Both the position numbers and the translations under genes were made by a program. The notes beneath the pieces were generated by a model. It had not been told where the DNA came from, searched no databases, and worked only from the letters and a program-made list of their open reading frames with translations. A stretch of 64,000 nucleotides of DNA from Octopus vulgaris (taxonomy: Eukaryota): assembly GCA_951406725.2 (NCBI GenBank), contig OX597820.1:96472001-96536000 (forward strand). Direction: 5' to 3'. This document shows positions 45,301-58,681 of the stretch, piece by piece; positions within the stretch are counted from its first letter, which is position 1; the number at the start of each line of letters is the position of its first letter.

Positions 45301-48300
45301 ATGCTAGCATGGAAAGCGGACGTTAAACGATGATGATCATCATAGGAATGTTCATTTAGGAACCTAGTCATATTTTAGTATGATCTTGAGTAATAGTAAT
45401 GTTACTGAACTATTAATCTGTCTTAGCTTTACAATGATGACCCAAACCTACTAGAAAACATGAATTTACACAACAACTGCTTTCAGAATGGAATGACTAT
45501 TAAGAGTTAAGTGTCTTGATCATGGACATAGTACAGTATCTCTGACTCGATATGAACTCCTAATTTCTCACCTGGTTATGTTACTCTTTTGGCTTGGTTG
45601 TCATCATTCATCAGAACTCAGCTACTCTTCAAGTAAATTACCAATGACACAAACTTTCTGTATGCTATTATCTATCATTAAATCAAAGCTAGTAGAGAGA
45701 TATTACTGATTTTTTTTTTACTGTTTTTGCATGATTGGCATGTAGTAGCCTGCCATCACATTTCCAACTTCTCACTCACAGACATGCTGTCTTTTTTCGC
45801 TGCCTTTTCTGTTGCTACTTCTGTGAACTCTGCTGCTCAGAGTTCACAGAAGTCTTGGACTGTGTGTGCACAGTCAGGTACTCTCCACTCCCTTGTTACT
45901 CCTCCTCCTCCTCTCACCCACTTTTTGTCTACCTTTAGATCCTACAATAACTTCTATTGCTAGCCCTTCCTTTCTGGAACATTAACTTTGGAGTATCAAT
46001 TTTACCATTCTCACAAGGTACACCTTTTCCTCTTATCCATACCAATACAAAAACAAAATTGCTTTTAACACCATTTAGCTACAGCTAATATCCATGACAG
46101 CTATCTGATTATTAACTGTTTTTTTCTGATACTTAACCGTTTTTTTCTTCTTTTCTTTTCTAAAACTCTATGATGGATGACTCTTCAATTTAACATTGAA
46201 TGTTTTACAACAGGAATCATGAATGTCCTTTGAACTCCTTAACTTCTTCTTTACATTCATCTGCATTACCATTGATTGTGGTGTATTAAACCCAATTTTC
46301 AATTAACTCAGTGGGATAAGGGGTTTTTCTTTTGTTTTTGTTTTTTTCTATGTTTTGAATTTTTGATTTTTAACAAAGTTTTGTAACCATGTGGTGAGAA
46401 GCTTACTTCCCAACCACATGGTTCTGAGTTCAGTCCCACTGCATAGCACCTTGGGCAAGTGTGTTCTACAATAACCTTGGGCTGACCAAAGGCTGGTGAG
46501 TGGATTTGGTAGCTGGAAACTGAAAGAAGCCTGTTGAATATATGTATGTATGTATCTTTGTCTGTTTGTCTCCCCATCATTGCTTGACAACCGATGTTGG
46601 TGTGTTTATGCCCCCTTAACTTAAAAGTTTGGCAAAAGAGACCAATTGAATAAGTGCTAGGCTTATAAAGAATAAGTCCTGGGGTCAGTTTCTTCGAATA
46701 AAAAACCCTTCAAAGGTGGTGCTCCAGCATGGCCACAGTCAAATGACTGAAACATTGAGTTCACTCTGCTGAGTGGTTAGTATTAGCAAGGGCATCCAGC
46801 AAAAAAAACCTTGCCAAAACAGACACAGTAGCCTGGTGTTCCTGTCAGCCGTCCTACCCATGCATGCATGGAAGACAAATGTTAAACGATGATGATGATG
46901 ATAATTAAAATGTTTCCATAAAGGAATAGATGGTGGATAGAGTTTAACCTTTTAGCGTTTAAACCAGCCCTGTCTGGCCCAAATATTTTACCTGTATTTT
47001 TTTCATTCAAACTGGTTAGATCTGGCCTCTCATACCTATCCTACAATGTCATTCTAAAAATAACAATCACATCATCAAAATCTTGAAGCTACAAGATAAT
47101 GCATGATAAATTCAAAGCAGTGTGAATAAGTAAGCATTACATTTGATAGAGTAACATGAATGCTGAAGGGTTAATAGCTTTGAATATTTAGTTAAAATTC
47201 AAACTAAAATCAAAATTCAGTGAAGAAAGGAAATTAGATTTTAATTGAGAAAAATTCAGTTGGTTTACAAATACTTCAGTTTTTAAATAATCAGTTTGCT
47301 TTATTTATAACACTTGGGTGGAGCATGTTTCAGTTTGCTATCAATTACATAAACTCTCTTGTCATTTATGAACCTGTATTGAATGGTAAAAATAATAAAG
47401 TGTTATGTGAGTACTCCTGAACTGCTCCTTAAAATTCCTTGATGCTCATGGAATCATCAGTAGAAAGCATGAAATATATATATATATATATGTACATATT
47501 ACGACAGCAAGGGTTCCAGTTGATCCAATCAACAGAACAGCCTGCTCGTGAAATTAACATGCAAGTGGCTGAGCACTCCACAGACACGTATACCCTTAAT
47601 GTAGTTCTCAAGGAGATTCAGCATGAAGAAAGAGTGAAAGTTGTGGTGAAAAGAGTACATCAGAGTTCGCCACTTCCCCCTGCTGGAGCCTCGTGGAGCT
47701 TTGTTTTCACTCAATAAACACTCACAATGCCTGGTCTGGGAATCAAAACCGTGACCCTACAACCATGAGTGTGCTGCCCTAACCACTGGGTCATTGCGCC
47801 TCCACGATATATATATATATATATAAATGAATAAAATGTATAAACAAACAATGTAATGTATACTGAATGTAGCAACAAACTGGAGACACAGAAGGTCCAT
47901 AATTTTTCGTCGGTTATCAACCAATTGGTAATATTCAGTTTTGCACATATATACGTGTGTGTCTGTGTATGTTGGTTAGACAGAGGTGATTCTGTTATTA
48001 AAATCTGATAGTTGCAACTTAAAGTAAGCAGAGCTTTACTCGTGGACGTTGCATGTAATTCAATTCATGTAATTTTTTATTGCTTAGATTTCAGAGTTTT
48101 CTCCCTTTGTCTTCCTTTAAACAACTTCTCATTGACACATTTTAATCTGTGTGCAATTTCAGTTGATTAAAATTTATTTTGAACTCATTACATTAAGTAT
48201 ATTAGCTTATTTTTATGTATATGTTTTCTGTAAATAAAATATACTTGCATAATCATCCAATAACATTATTTTTAAAATTACTTAATCAGTAAATAATTGT

Positions 48301-51300
48301 CTCACCTGAACCATATCTTCCCATGATAATAGTTTCAGTGTGAACCCTCCCCAACAAAATCACCAGTGGAAGCCACTTTAAAATACATCAACATATCTAA
48401 TAATATTGTGAATACTAAAAGTTACATTCTTCTTAATTCGGCTCTTATTAAGTTAACGTATGAACAAAATCATCCCAGTTGCAAACCTCCCATCAATTTT
48501 TCAACCAGAATAAAGAGAAATTTTGCTGTTATTTTTCAAGTTAAGCAACTATTCAAACTATTTAAACTGCAAAAGTATAGACATTCTATTTGCTAGCTCT
48601 GGATCCTGTTGGATTATATATTCTCCAGTTATGGTGAATTTATATAATACATATTTCTTTACTACCCACAAGGGGCTAAACATACAGGGGACAAACAAGG
48701 ACAGACATAGGCATTAAGTCGATTACATTGACCCCAGTGCATAACTGGTACTTAATTTATCGACCCCGAAAGGATGAAAGGCAAAGTCGACCTCGGCGGA
48801 ATTTGAACTCACAACGTAACGGCAGACGAAATACCGCTAAGCATTTCGCCTGGCGTGCTAACGTTTCTGCCAGCTCGCCACCTTTAAATTTATATAATAC
48901 AGCTGATAGAATTTACTATTAAACACTATTAAAATACAGCTTTTTGTTAGGATTTTACATATTTTAAACAGTTTGTCTATGAAGCTAGTTTCATGGTAAA
49001 CTCAGTTCATATAGTTTTTTAATACCAATGAATTTAAATTTTAACTTGTCTTCATTTTAAAAATAGTTGCTTGACTGTATTTTCATTAAGCATCTAAAAT
49101 CCATAATTCTGATGCTATTAGTAATGTTGATGCACTAATTAACCCTTTTCTTACCATATATCTGTTGAAATACGATGCCTTTGTTTCACTTAATTTTTAA
49201 AATAATGAAGAATTTAGTAAAATTTATCATAATTGAATTGATGTTTGAATTAGTCAACAACTTCATTCTCATCCACAACAGAGACAGACTCTTGAGTTAA
49301 GACAAAAGCCTCAGTCTTTCATTGACTTCTTTGAGAACTCTTCCTCATTTATCTTTGTTGCAGTTGTTGACTGCTTCAATTATCTTGGCATGGGGATTCA
49401 TAGCGGCATTAGCTGTGAGTCTGAAGTCCTAAAAGGATTTGGATAGCTGCTGCAGTTATGGAGTCATTGGACAAGGGTGTTTGGTGCTACTGATATCTGA
49501 GTAGGAGAACAAAGGTTCAAGGCTTTTAAGTGTCTAGTCCTTCTTGTCCTGCTCTATAGTTGTGAGACTTGGACACTGTTCAGGGCTCTTAGGAGTTACC
49601 TGAATTCCTTTGGTACCAGGATGCTACACAGGATTATAGATTACCATTGGTCAGATTTCATATCCAGCCAACTCTACTCAGAAACTGGGATTCATGCTGT
49701 TATGTGTATGACTCAGGAGCACCAGCTAAGACTATTTGGCCAGGTTGCTGAACCCTGCTTAGCATGTTCTCTTCACTGAGGATTTGGCTGGGGGCCATGG
49801 CAGATGAAGAGGTATCTCTCAGAGATGGGGACTGACTGAGATTCTACTCAACAGGTCACCCAAGAGAACCTAGGAATATACCAACAAATGGTGAATGCAG
49901 CAATGGCACATGCCCCTACACCTGACCTAAAGTTGGTGTTAAGAACAAATTATTATGAAGTTCTGGCAGAAGGTTAATTTAGATCACTTTAAAAGAGAAA
50001 GTTTGTATCATTGACCCAGAGGCAGTGTCAGGTGGTATAAAAAGTGTTAGAAAGACAGTAATGATAAAACATAGCAATATTTGACTTCCTGTGTGATTTG
50101 ATGTTGGCAACAGAGGGGATTTATTATGTAAGCTCTGATTGAATAGATACAACTCTATGCTATGGCCAATTTATATTGGTCTGAATGCAAAAGAATTAAC
50201 TTTCATTCAGGTTACTTTGTTTACAAACTATGCTAAACACGGTTTAAATATATTTTCTTCATGCATTCTTGAAAATATCTAGATTTGCTATTTTGTAGCC
50301 ATATTTATAATTACCTTTCAGAATTATCAATTTGCAGCCTTTGCTTCTGTCATTATATTTGATTTTACTTCCCTTTTTTTGTCAGGCATTTTATTTTGAT
50401 CGAGATGATGTCAGTCTCCCTGGATTCCACAAGTTTTTTAAGAAGTCTTCAGATGAAGAGCGAGATCATGCAGAAAAATTCATGTCTTATCAGAACAAAC
50501 GTGGTGGCAGAATTGTACTTCAGTCAATTACGGTAAAAAAAAAAAAAACATTTTTTAAAAAATTCTTCCTTATATTTGAGCATTTATCAAGCAGCAGAGT
50601 AGTATTTGCTAGTATTATGTTTTCTGTATATGTATAAAATATCCCTAAGATGGTAATGGCAAAATACTTGCTTGGATCTTTTGTTGTTGTTGCCATAATT
50701 TCTATTTGGTAATAATTGTTTTGGTTTCAGTCCCACTGAACTCATGGATAAGTGTCTTCTATTATAGCCCTGGGCCAACCAAAGCCTTGTGATTGAATTT
50801 CATGTACAAAAAAGGAAAAGGGCCTGTTGTGTGTGTGTGTGTGTGTATATCATTATCATCATTTAACATTCTTTTTTTTTCCATGCGGGCATGGGTTGGA
50901 TGATTTGACAGAAGCAGATGAGCCAGGTTCTATGTCTGCTTTGGCATAGTTTCTACAGCTTGTTGCCAACCCATAACAATGTGTACCAGATGCGTATGTG
51001 ATACCAGAACTGGCAAGGTCACGGGTTATCTGCACGATAAGACCTCTCAACCTAGTGGGGTATGGACTGAAAGAATAAGAAATTATGATAGAGGGAGAGG
51101 AGCAGGTGTCTTGCAAAAGAGGTATATACATGGCTTGCCCACTTGGAATGTGAGAGAGAGAAAGAAAGGGACTGATGGAAGAGTGAATGTCAGAAAATGA
51201 GCTGTGGGGCAAACAATAAACATACATACACCACACATAATCACATAATTTTACAGAGCAAATTAGATTTTTGTTCATTTTCATTCACCTTTCTTGCCTA

Positions 51301-54300
51301 TCAGTATCACATACATTTGCTTCACTGTTTTCTTTTTGTTTTTCCGTCAAGAAACCTGAACAAGATGAATGGGGCAGTGGTTTGGATGCCGTGCAAATGG
51401 CTTTGCAACTAGAGAAAAACATCAACCAGTCATTGCTTGATTTGCACAAAATTGCTGCGGACCATAGTGACAGCCATGTAAGTTTTGCTTTGTGTTTTTT
51501 GTTGTTTTTATTTAACCCTTTCATTACTGTATTTATTTTGAGATGCTCTGTTTCTCTCAATTATTTTAGTTATAACAAAAATTTAGTAAAATAACTTAAG
51601 CTAGTGTTAGGAACATTAATTGTGACTAAGGTTTGGTGGGAGATTTTAATTCAAAACTTATGAAAACAAGACATTTGTACTACAGAGCCAGAGCCGGGTT
51701 GGTAATGAAAGGGTTAATTACTTGTGAGAATGGGTAACATAAATTTCATTCAGATTAAAATTAAAGATTTAGGGGGTTTCATTAAGTCATGTATCAGTTG
51801 AACATTGTTATACATCAGTAAAATTTTGAATAACTATTCAGCAGAAGTGTTAATACTGCTCCCCCTGCAGAAGAAGATTGTCCTGCAAGAGCCCTGTGTG
51901 GACACCATGTAAAAGGCACCTATGCCTTTATCATGTAATAGCACTTGTGCTGGTGCCATGTAAAAGTACCAATGCCAGTGCCAAGACACCCAGCACACTC
52001 TGTAAAGTGGTTGGTGTTAGGAAGAGCTATAGAAACCAAGACAAATCAAGTTGGAACCTGGTGCAACTTTGCCTTTTGCCAGCTCTGGTCAAACCATCCA
52101 ACCCATGCCAGCATGGAAAACGTATGTTAAAGGGTGATGATGATGATCTGTAAATTCTTCTCTTAATAATCTTGACATTTGGGGTAAATATTCAGTCTGG
52201 CATTACAAAAATAGCAATAATAGTTTCTAGCATGAGCACAAAACCGCTAGTAGAGAGGTTTTGCTAATAGCTTTGACTCTGGTACATGACTGGTACTGAA
52301 TTTTATCAACCCTAAAAGAATGAAAAGCAAAGTTAACTTCAGTGAGATTTGAACTGTGAACATAAAAAACTGCCACCAGTCAAATGATTCTACCAATCCT
52401 TAGTAATAACGAAATTGAATCAAGTCACAGAATATTTGCTCTTATTCAAAAATCAATGGAAATTGTAGTTGTGATACCAGTGCCGCTGGCACGTAAAAGA
52501 ACCATCTGAACGTGGCCGTTGCCAGCCTCGCCTGGCACCTGTGCCAGTGGCACGTAAGCGTTAGGAAGGGCATCCAGCTGTAGAAACACTGCCAGATCAG
52601 ACTGGGCCTGGTGCAGCCTTCAGGCTTCCCAGACCCCGGTCGAACCGTCCAACCCATGCTAGCATGGAAAGCGGACGTTAAACGATGATGGTGATGATGA
52701 TGATGATTTAGTATTCTCTGGTCTTGAATCACAGACAGCTTCAACTTTCTTATGTCAGCTTCAGTTAGATATTCATAGTTATCTGTTGTTTGTATTTTTT
52801 GTTTAATCTCAGGTAAACCCAAAGGATGCAGACCTGAGATCCAAGGCATTCCAACTACAATAATCTTATATCTAGGAATATGTATGAGTAATAATAAGGA
52901 AAACTTTTGTTGAAGTGCCATCAAGTGCTACAGGCATACACAATACATGACAATGATGACATTATCCAGCATGAACATTCTTTATTTAAGACACTAGTGT
53001 GTGATTTGAGTGATGTGTGCTATTTCTAGCAGGTCAAGCAACTATGTTGATGTCCCCCTATTGGTTTCATTATGACCTGTTATTATGGTTGCTGTCAGCA
53101 CAGAAGATATAGCTGTGTAGTTATGGAGTTCACTTTGCACCCATCTTGTTCTGGGTTTTGAACTCATTCAGTGGCATCTTCAGTAAGTGTCTTCTACCAT
53201 AGCCCTTAAGTTATCTAATACCTTATAACGAAATTTAGTTGTTGGGGATTATGCAAAAGTTTGTTGTCTTTATCATCATCCAACATTCACTTTTCATCTG
53301 GCATAGATTGCACAGGTTGTCACAGTCCACATTTCTTACTGGGTATTTCTGCTCCAACAGATTAGTGCTTGTACATGTCATTTGGTTTGGTCGCTTTGAT
53401 TGGATGCCCTTGCTATCACCAACTATTTTACAGAGTGCACTAGGTGCATTTTCACATGGCACCAACACTACAGATGTTAAATAGATTTTGGCAAGACGGT
53501 ATTAAAGGGACCTCACAACTCACAATCCTACACTTTCTCTGCTCATTTCTCAATCACTTAAGACTGGGTGCATTTTCGTAGCACCAGCCCCAAAGAAGTA
53601 GCATTCACTTGCAGAGGAGGCGCTGTGGTTCTGTCATAACTCCTGAACAACAGGTGGAGTACCGAGTACTCACCACTCTGTGGACAGAAGAGGGGAATAG
53701 GAGAGAGAGAGTATTAACAGCAGTAAGGTTAGAGATGTAAGTCTGAGTGCATTTCTTTCATCAGTGTATATCAGCAAAAGATATAAGCATCATTGGGAAC
53801 AAACAATCAGTGAGAAATGGAGTTCTCCTTAGTATTTGTTCTGCATCAATTTACAGGCACTCCCTTGGCAGAATGGCCAGTTGGTATCCTGTTATCAATG
53901 ACACTATTGTTTTCCATCTGAATTAGTGAAAATGATTGCATTGAAAAAAAAACCTGTTATAAACAGTCTTAACAAGTTATACCCCTTAGTGCTTCATCTT
54001 GTATATGGACGTGTGATTTTATATATATATATATATATATATATTATATTTGGAAGGGCATCCAGCCATAGAAACATTGCTAGATCAGACTGGGCCTGGT
54101 GCTGCCTTCTGGCTTCCCATACCCCAGTTGAACCGTCCAACCCATGCTAGCATGGAAAGCGGACGCTAAATGATGATGATACACGCAATATACACATACA
54201 GGCATATCCGTGGCTGTGTGATTAAGAAGTTTGCTTCTCAACCATGTAGTTTTGGGTTCAGTCCCACAACATGCCAAAACCTTGTGAGTGAATTTGGTAA

Positions 54301-56113
54301 ACAGAAAAGTAAAAGAAACCCACCATATATGTGTGTGTGTGTGTGTTCCTCCTTGTCTTCACTTTATGTGCTCATTGTAAATAAGTGCCACAGTCATATA
54401 AGTGGTGTTATTTGTTTCCAGTCTTCCTTGAAAAAATGTCCAGTCATGGAGAAATATTACTTTGCTTGGAAACAAGTGAGTGGGAGTTAAGTTAGCAAGC
54501 CAGCTGATACTAAAATATGTCTCCCGTTCCTTTTGTTTGAACTAATTCATTTGATGAAAGATAATAAACAAGATTACCTCTGGTAGCGTTTTAAACTCAG
54601 ATATGGGGAGTTACAACTAAATCCAGAAAAATACATAGTGCAAACTCCACTGTTTCATCATCATCATCATCATCATCATCATTTTAAGGTCCACTTGCAT
54701 GGGTCAGATGTGAGTATGCTGGAGCAGTGTTTTCTAGGTCTCGTTGCCCTTCCTGATACCAATCCCTGCCTATGAGGTAATGGTTTCCCAGTTTATTGAA
54801 TAGCAAAAAAGCAGCGAATGTACATGAAAAAAAGAGGAAATACAAACTCATTCACATGTGCACATACATACAGGGAGATTGAACCTGAAACCATGTGGTT
54901 GGGAAGTGAACTTCTTAACCGCATTCATGTCTTAATGTTAATCATCGCTTACAAATTGCTTTTACATTGAACTATTGATCATCATCATCGTCATCATTGT
55001 TTAACGTCCACCTTCCATGCTGGCATGGGTTGGATGGTTTGACATGGAGCTGACCAAGCAGGAGCCTGCACTAGATTTCTGTGTCTGTTTTGGTAAGGTT
55101 TTTACTTCTAGATGCCTTTCTTGACACCAACCACCCAGCAGAGTGGACATACTGTTTGTAGAAATTACTTGCTTCAACCTATTAGCTTTTAAACCAGTCC
55201 CAGAAGACTTTGGGCTTCACAGAGGCAATGAGTAGTGACCAAGACCTTTGGAGATATGTGGTGCTTGAGATGACCTGTCAAGCCAAGTGAAATTGTAGTT
55301 GTGGTCAATGCTGGTGTCACATTACTGACACCTGTGCCAGTGGCACATAAAAAGCACCTTTTGAGCATTGTGCTTCATGGAGGCAAAGTGTCCAGTTGCT
55401 CGTGAAAAGCACCTTTTGAGCATTGGGCTTCATGGGAGCAATGGCAAATGACCAAGACCTTTGGCATTATGCTGTGCTTGAGAAAAAGAGCCATCAGTCA
55501 TGGCAGATACTGGTGTCACGCAAATGGCACCTGTGCCAGTGGCACATGGAAACACTCATGCTGATGGCACATAAAAGTACCCATTACACTCTCAGAGTGG
55601 TTGGTGTTAGGAAGGGCATCCAGCCATAGAAACCATACCAAATCAGACTGGAGTCTGGTGCAGCCTTCCAGCTTGCCAGCCCTGATCAAACTGTCCAACA
55701 GACGTTAAATGATATTGATGATATCTGGCCCAAAATATTCAGCCTGTTTTATGTTCAAACTGACCAAATCCAACTTTCACACCTACCTTACAATGTCATT
55801 CTAAAAGTAAGCAATCACTTCATCGAAATCTTGAAGCTACAAGATAATGCATGTTTAATTCAAGCCAATGTCAATAAATAAGCATTCCATCTGACAGAAT
55901 AATCTGAATATTAAAGGGTTAATCTTTTACTTTTTTATATATATATTTTTTTATCTATTTCAGCTGTGTGATTTTCTTGAATCTGAATTCTTGAGTCACC
56001 AAGTAGAATCTATTAAAGAATTAGCTGATCACCTTGCTAATTTGAAACGTGTTGGTGCTGGACTTGGAGAATATATGTTTGACAAAAGTACATTAGGCAG
56101 CTCAAACTCCTGA
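37571..56113 (+). CDS. FTH1: Cytosolic H-type ferritin, spliced CDS: join(37571-37672,50386-50532,51352-51477,55964-56113); 174 aa
   Basis: [34 protein letters not shown] / [36 protein letters not shown] / [26 protein letters not shown] / [33 protein letters not shown]. Three phase-0 GT-AG introns at the usual animal ferritin positions, ferroxidase ligands present, no signal peptide. The symbol indicates H-chain type, not proven orthology. Confidence 0.96.
37922..38140. mobile_element. hAT MITE
   Basis: TIRs CAGTGCTTTTCAACC / GGTTGAAAACCACTC; 8-bp TSD ACTTAATG/ACTTAATA. Confidence 0.85.
39065..39477 (+). mobile_element. Well-preserved full-length tRNA-derived SINE
   Basis: Complete head, central microsatellite and AAGAGT-type tail; close match in reverse at 62400-62818. 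Confidence 0.9.
39507..39927. mobile_element. Young MITE with perfect ~29-bp TIRs and 8-bp TSD (Merlin-like)
   Basis: GGATCTTTTCGGTTTGAACGGCAGTTTTT and its exact reverse complement; TSD CAGCTAAC. The superfamily is inferred from the GG termini and 8-bp TSD. Confidence 0.85.
41874..42153 (+). repeat. Diverged tandem duplication (41874-42014 / 42032-42153)
   Basis: Both copies start TATATTTCATAAATATTACCCATT and end GCTCATAAAATGGCAT. Confidence 0.85.
44535..44888 (+). pseudogene. SPAG1: SPAG1-like fossil exon interrupted by a MITE
   Basis: With the MITE removed it reads [42 protein letters not shown]|gt, resembling the pre-TPR WDKFDVE..KIDED segment of SPAG1 as recalled (not searched). Confidence 0.55.
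44621..44840. mobile_element. piggyBac-like TTAA MITE, family 2 (inverse copy at 51516-51713; related element at ~49143-50048)
   Basis: TTAA|CCCTTTCATTAC...GTAACAAAAGGG|TTAA. Confidence 0.85.
48652..48886 (-). mobile_element. Well-preserved solitary SINE with 15-bp TSD
   Basis: TSD AATTTATATAATACA at 48637-48651 and 48887-48901; CpGs retained. Confidence 0.9.
49255..49930 (+). mobile_element. Old RTE LINE 3' fragment of a different family, nested in a TTAA MITE
   Basis: [19 protein letters not shown] and QLRLFG motifs with many lesions; ACCTG-type tail. Confidence 0.7.
50386..50532 (+). CDS. FTH1: Ferritin exon 2
   Basis: tttgtcag acceptor, GTAAAA donor, EExxH ferroxidase motif. Confidence 0.96.
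51352..51477 (+). CDS. FTH1: Ferritin exon 3
   Basis: Pyrimidine tract + caag acceptor, GTAAGT donor. Confidence 0.95.
55964..56113 (+). CDS. FTH1: Ferritin exon 4 to the TGA stop
   Basis: tttcag acceptor; candidate poly(A) signals ATTAAA 56329-56334 and AATAAA 56393-56398. Confidence 0.96.
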   Translation: MCDFLESEFLSHQVESIKELADHLANLKRVGAGLGEYMFDKSTLGSSNS

Positions 56114-58681
56114 ACCATTTTTTTTTTGGGGTTGAAAGCGAAAACTATGCTGCTGTAGTCAGTGTGTACAAAGGCGTGTCATGTACTATAGTTGCTAATA
56201 GCAGCACACTGTAATTGGCTATCATCGTCAATGTGAATGAAAGTAATGATCTCAGCATGTCTTGACTCAATAAGCATAACCTTCAATAGAGTCAGGTCAA
56301 CATTCATGTCAGAATCAGTAGAAATGGTATTAAACAATACTGCATTTTTTTTTTTTTTTTAATATATGTGTTTTGTATTATCTATGTAGGAAAATAAATA
56401 TTTGATATTTCAATACTTTTATGTTTTTTTTTTCTTTGTTTTAAATGTCTCAGTTCACAGAAAGAGTAGAGATCCAGACTAACTTACCTTATTGAATTTA
56501 GTTTTCTTTCCAAATCATTTGAATAGAGCCAAAAATAAACTGAAATTGATCTAACTGATTATTGTTCTACCTACAAAAATTGACCTTCTGCTTAATTACA
56601 AGAAATCATTTTTCTGTTTTAAAGGATCAAAACTGAAGATTTGAGATATATTTCTGTTGAGCTGATATCTCTGCTTCAATTTTGTTCCTCTCTATGCTTC
56701 TTGAATTATTGTATCTATAAGAAATATTTATTTCTTCTGTCAGTGGATCTCTGTGTTAAGTGCCATTGTAGCTTCATAGACCATAAAGCATGACACCTCT
56801 TTAAATGAACGTTAATATATTTAATGTTGGAAGCAATGAAAAGATAATTATTGATAATTATGTGATGAAAAAAAACAGTATTACAGAATCATAGGTGACC
56901 TCTTTAGACATCTTACAGCCTTATAACCTCATCAGAATAGTGTAGACTTCCTGTACTTGCCAAAATAGTAAGGGAATAAGTTTTAAGTAAATGTGAAAAC
57001 TAGAAAGAAACATAAAAGACAGAGCCAGAGTGAAATGAAATGTCACTCATTAACAATATTAGCTGATATTAATATCATTGGGTTATTAACCTTAAACAAA
57101 CAAAACTATTATCAAAGGGTTTTGAAATTTGGCCATCCCATATTCTAGTATACTAAACTGCATTATTCAAGTGTGTATTTTTGTTTTTAAAATTTTTCAT
57201 TCAAACCCATTCTTGGTCCAGTGAAACAAACTTCTTATTTAAAGCCATCTGAATTAAAACCTTCGGTGAAAATCTCATTTTAATGACATGGCTGTGTGGT
57301 AAGAAGCTTGCTTCCCAACCACATGGTTCTGGGTTCAGTTCCACTGCGTGGCACCTTGGGCAAGTGTTTTTAATGATAGCCTTGTGATTAGATTTGGTAG
57401 ACGGAACTGAAAGAATCTTGTCATAATACATACATGTATGTTTGTCACCTCCACTTGACAACTGGTGTTGGTTTCTTTATGTCCCTGTAACTTAGCAGTT
57501 TGGTAGAGACCAGCAGAATAAGTGCCAGGCTTAAAAAGATTATTATAGGAATTGATTTGCTTGACTAAAACCCTTCAAGGTGTCTCAGCATGGCTGCAGG
57601 CCAATAACCAAAATAAATGATTTTGGCCCTACCAATTTATACCAACATTGAACTTCAGTAACAATTCTTGTCATTATCCTTAGAGTTAGAACACTTGATC
57701 ATTATTTTGTCTGACAGATTTCCCTGTGAACTAAACAACAATAACTATTGGTATTGAAGTGCTAACATAATGTTCCATAACTTTAGGTGTGGCAGTGTGT
57801 TAAGTGTTTTCTAAGTGTGCGCAAGGGTTTTCTACTGTAGCCTCAGGCCAACCAAAGCTTTGTGAGTGGATTTGGTAGATGAAAATTGATAGAAGCCCGT
57901 CGTATATATATCATCATCATCATCATCGTTTAACGTCCGTTTTCTGTGCTAGCACGGGTTGAACGAGCATATACATATATTTATGTGTGTGTCTTTGTCT
58001 CTGTGTTTGTCCCCCCTGCCATTGCTTGACAGTTGATGTTGGTATGTTTACGTACCCATAACTTGGCGGTTTGGCAAAAGATCAATAGAGTAAGTACTAG
58101 GCTTGCAAAGAATAAGTCTTGGGGTCGATTTTTTTTTTTCATTTTTCACATTTAAATGACAGATATATGTAAAGCTTACTATTTGTAAATACAGTCTCAT
58201 CGATATCACTAACTTTAATTAACTGTAATCAACCATGTGCATTCGCGGGCAAATGTGTGCTTACGACTGTTTTTTGTACAATAAACCAGCTGACATAAAA
58301 ATTAAAAAAAGAGAAGAGATGGACAGGCAAACAGAAAGACTGGGACTGTACCCGAAACCATGTGACTGGCAAGCAAACTTTTTATCACACAGCCATGCCT
58401 AGGGCTTTAGAGAGAGTGAAGATAGAAATGAATGCATAGTTCTTGGAAAGATCAATTCATGATAGAAAGCTTGCACTGTTTCAGCTGCAAAACCTTTCAC
58501 TATTGTTCATCTCACCAGAATCGATTTGGGGGAACACGTGCATAAATTTAAAAGAGAAAAATTCGGTTTAGCTCGGCGTGTATAGACAAAGTGAAAGAGA
58601 AGTAGATCATATCATTTAGTACATGGATTCATAAGCTTTCTTTTCATTGCTGAGATAACTAAAGACTCCCTAAGATACAGT

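Noticed and set aside
48328-48348. GTTT-CAGTGT-GAAC IRE-like hairpin
   Set aside because: Intronic, only 4 bp of stem and no bulged C.
56111-56158. TGA readthrough or selenocysteine recoding of ferritin via the 3'UTR hairpins
   Set aside because: The stop falls at the normal ferritin C-terminus in a TGA-A context, the extension is a poly-T-derived peptide, and no proper SECIS geometry is seen.
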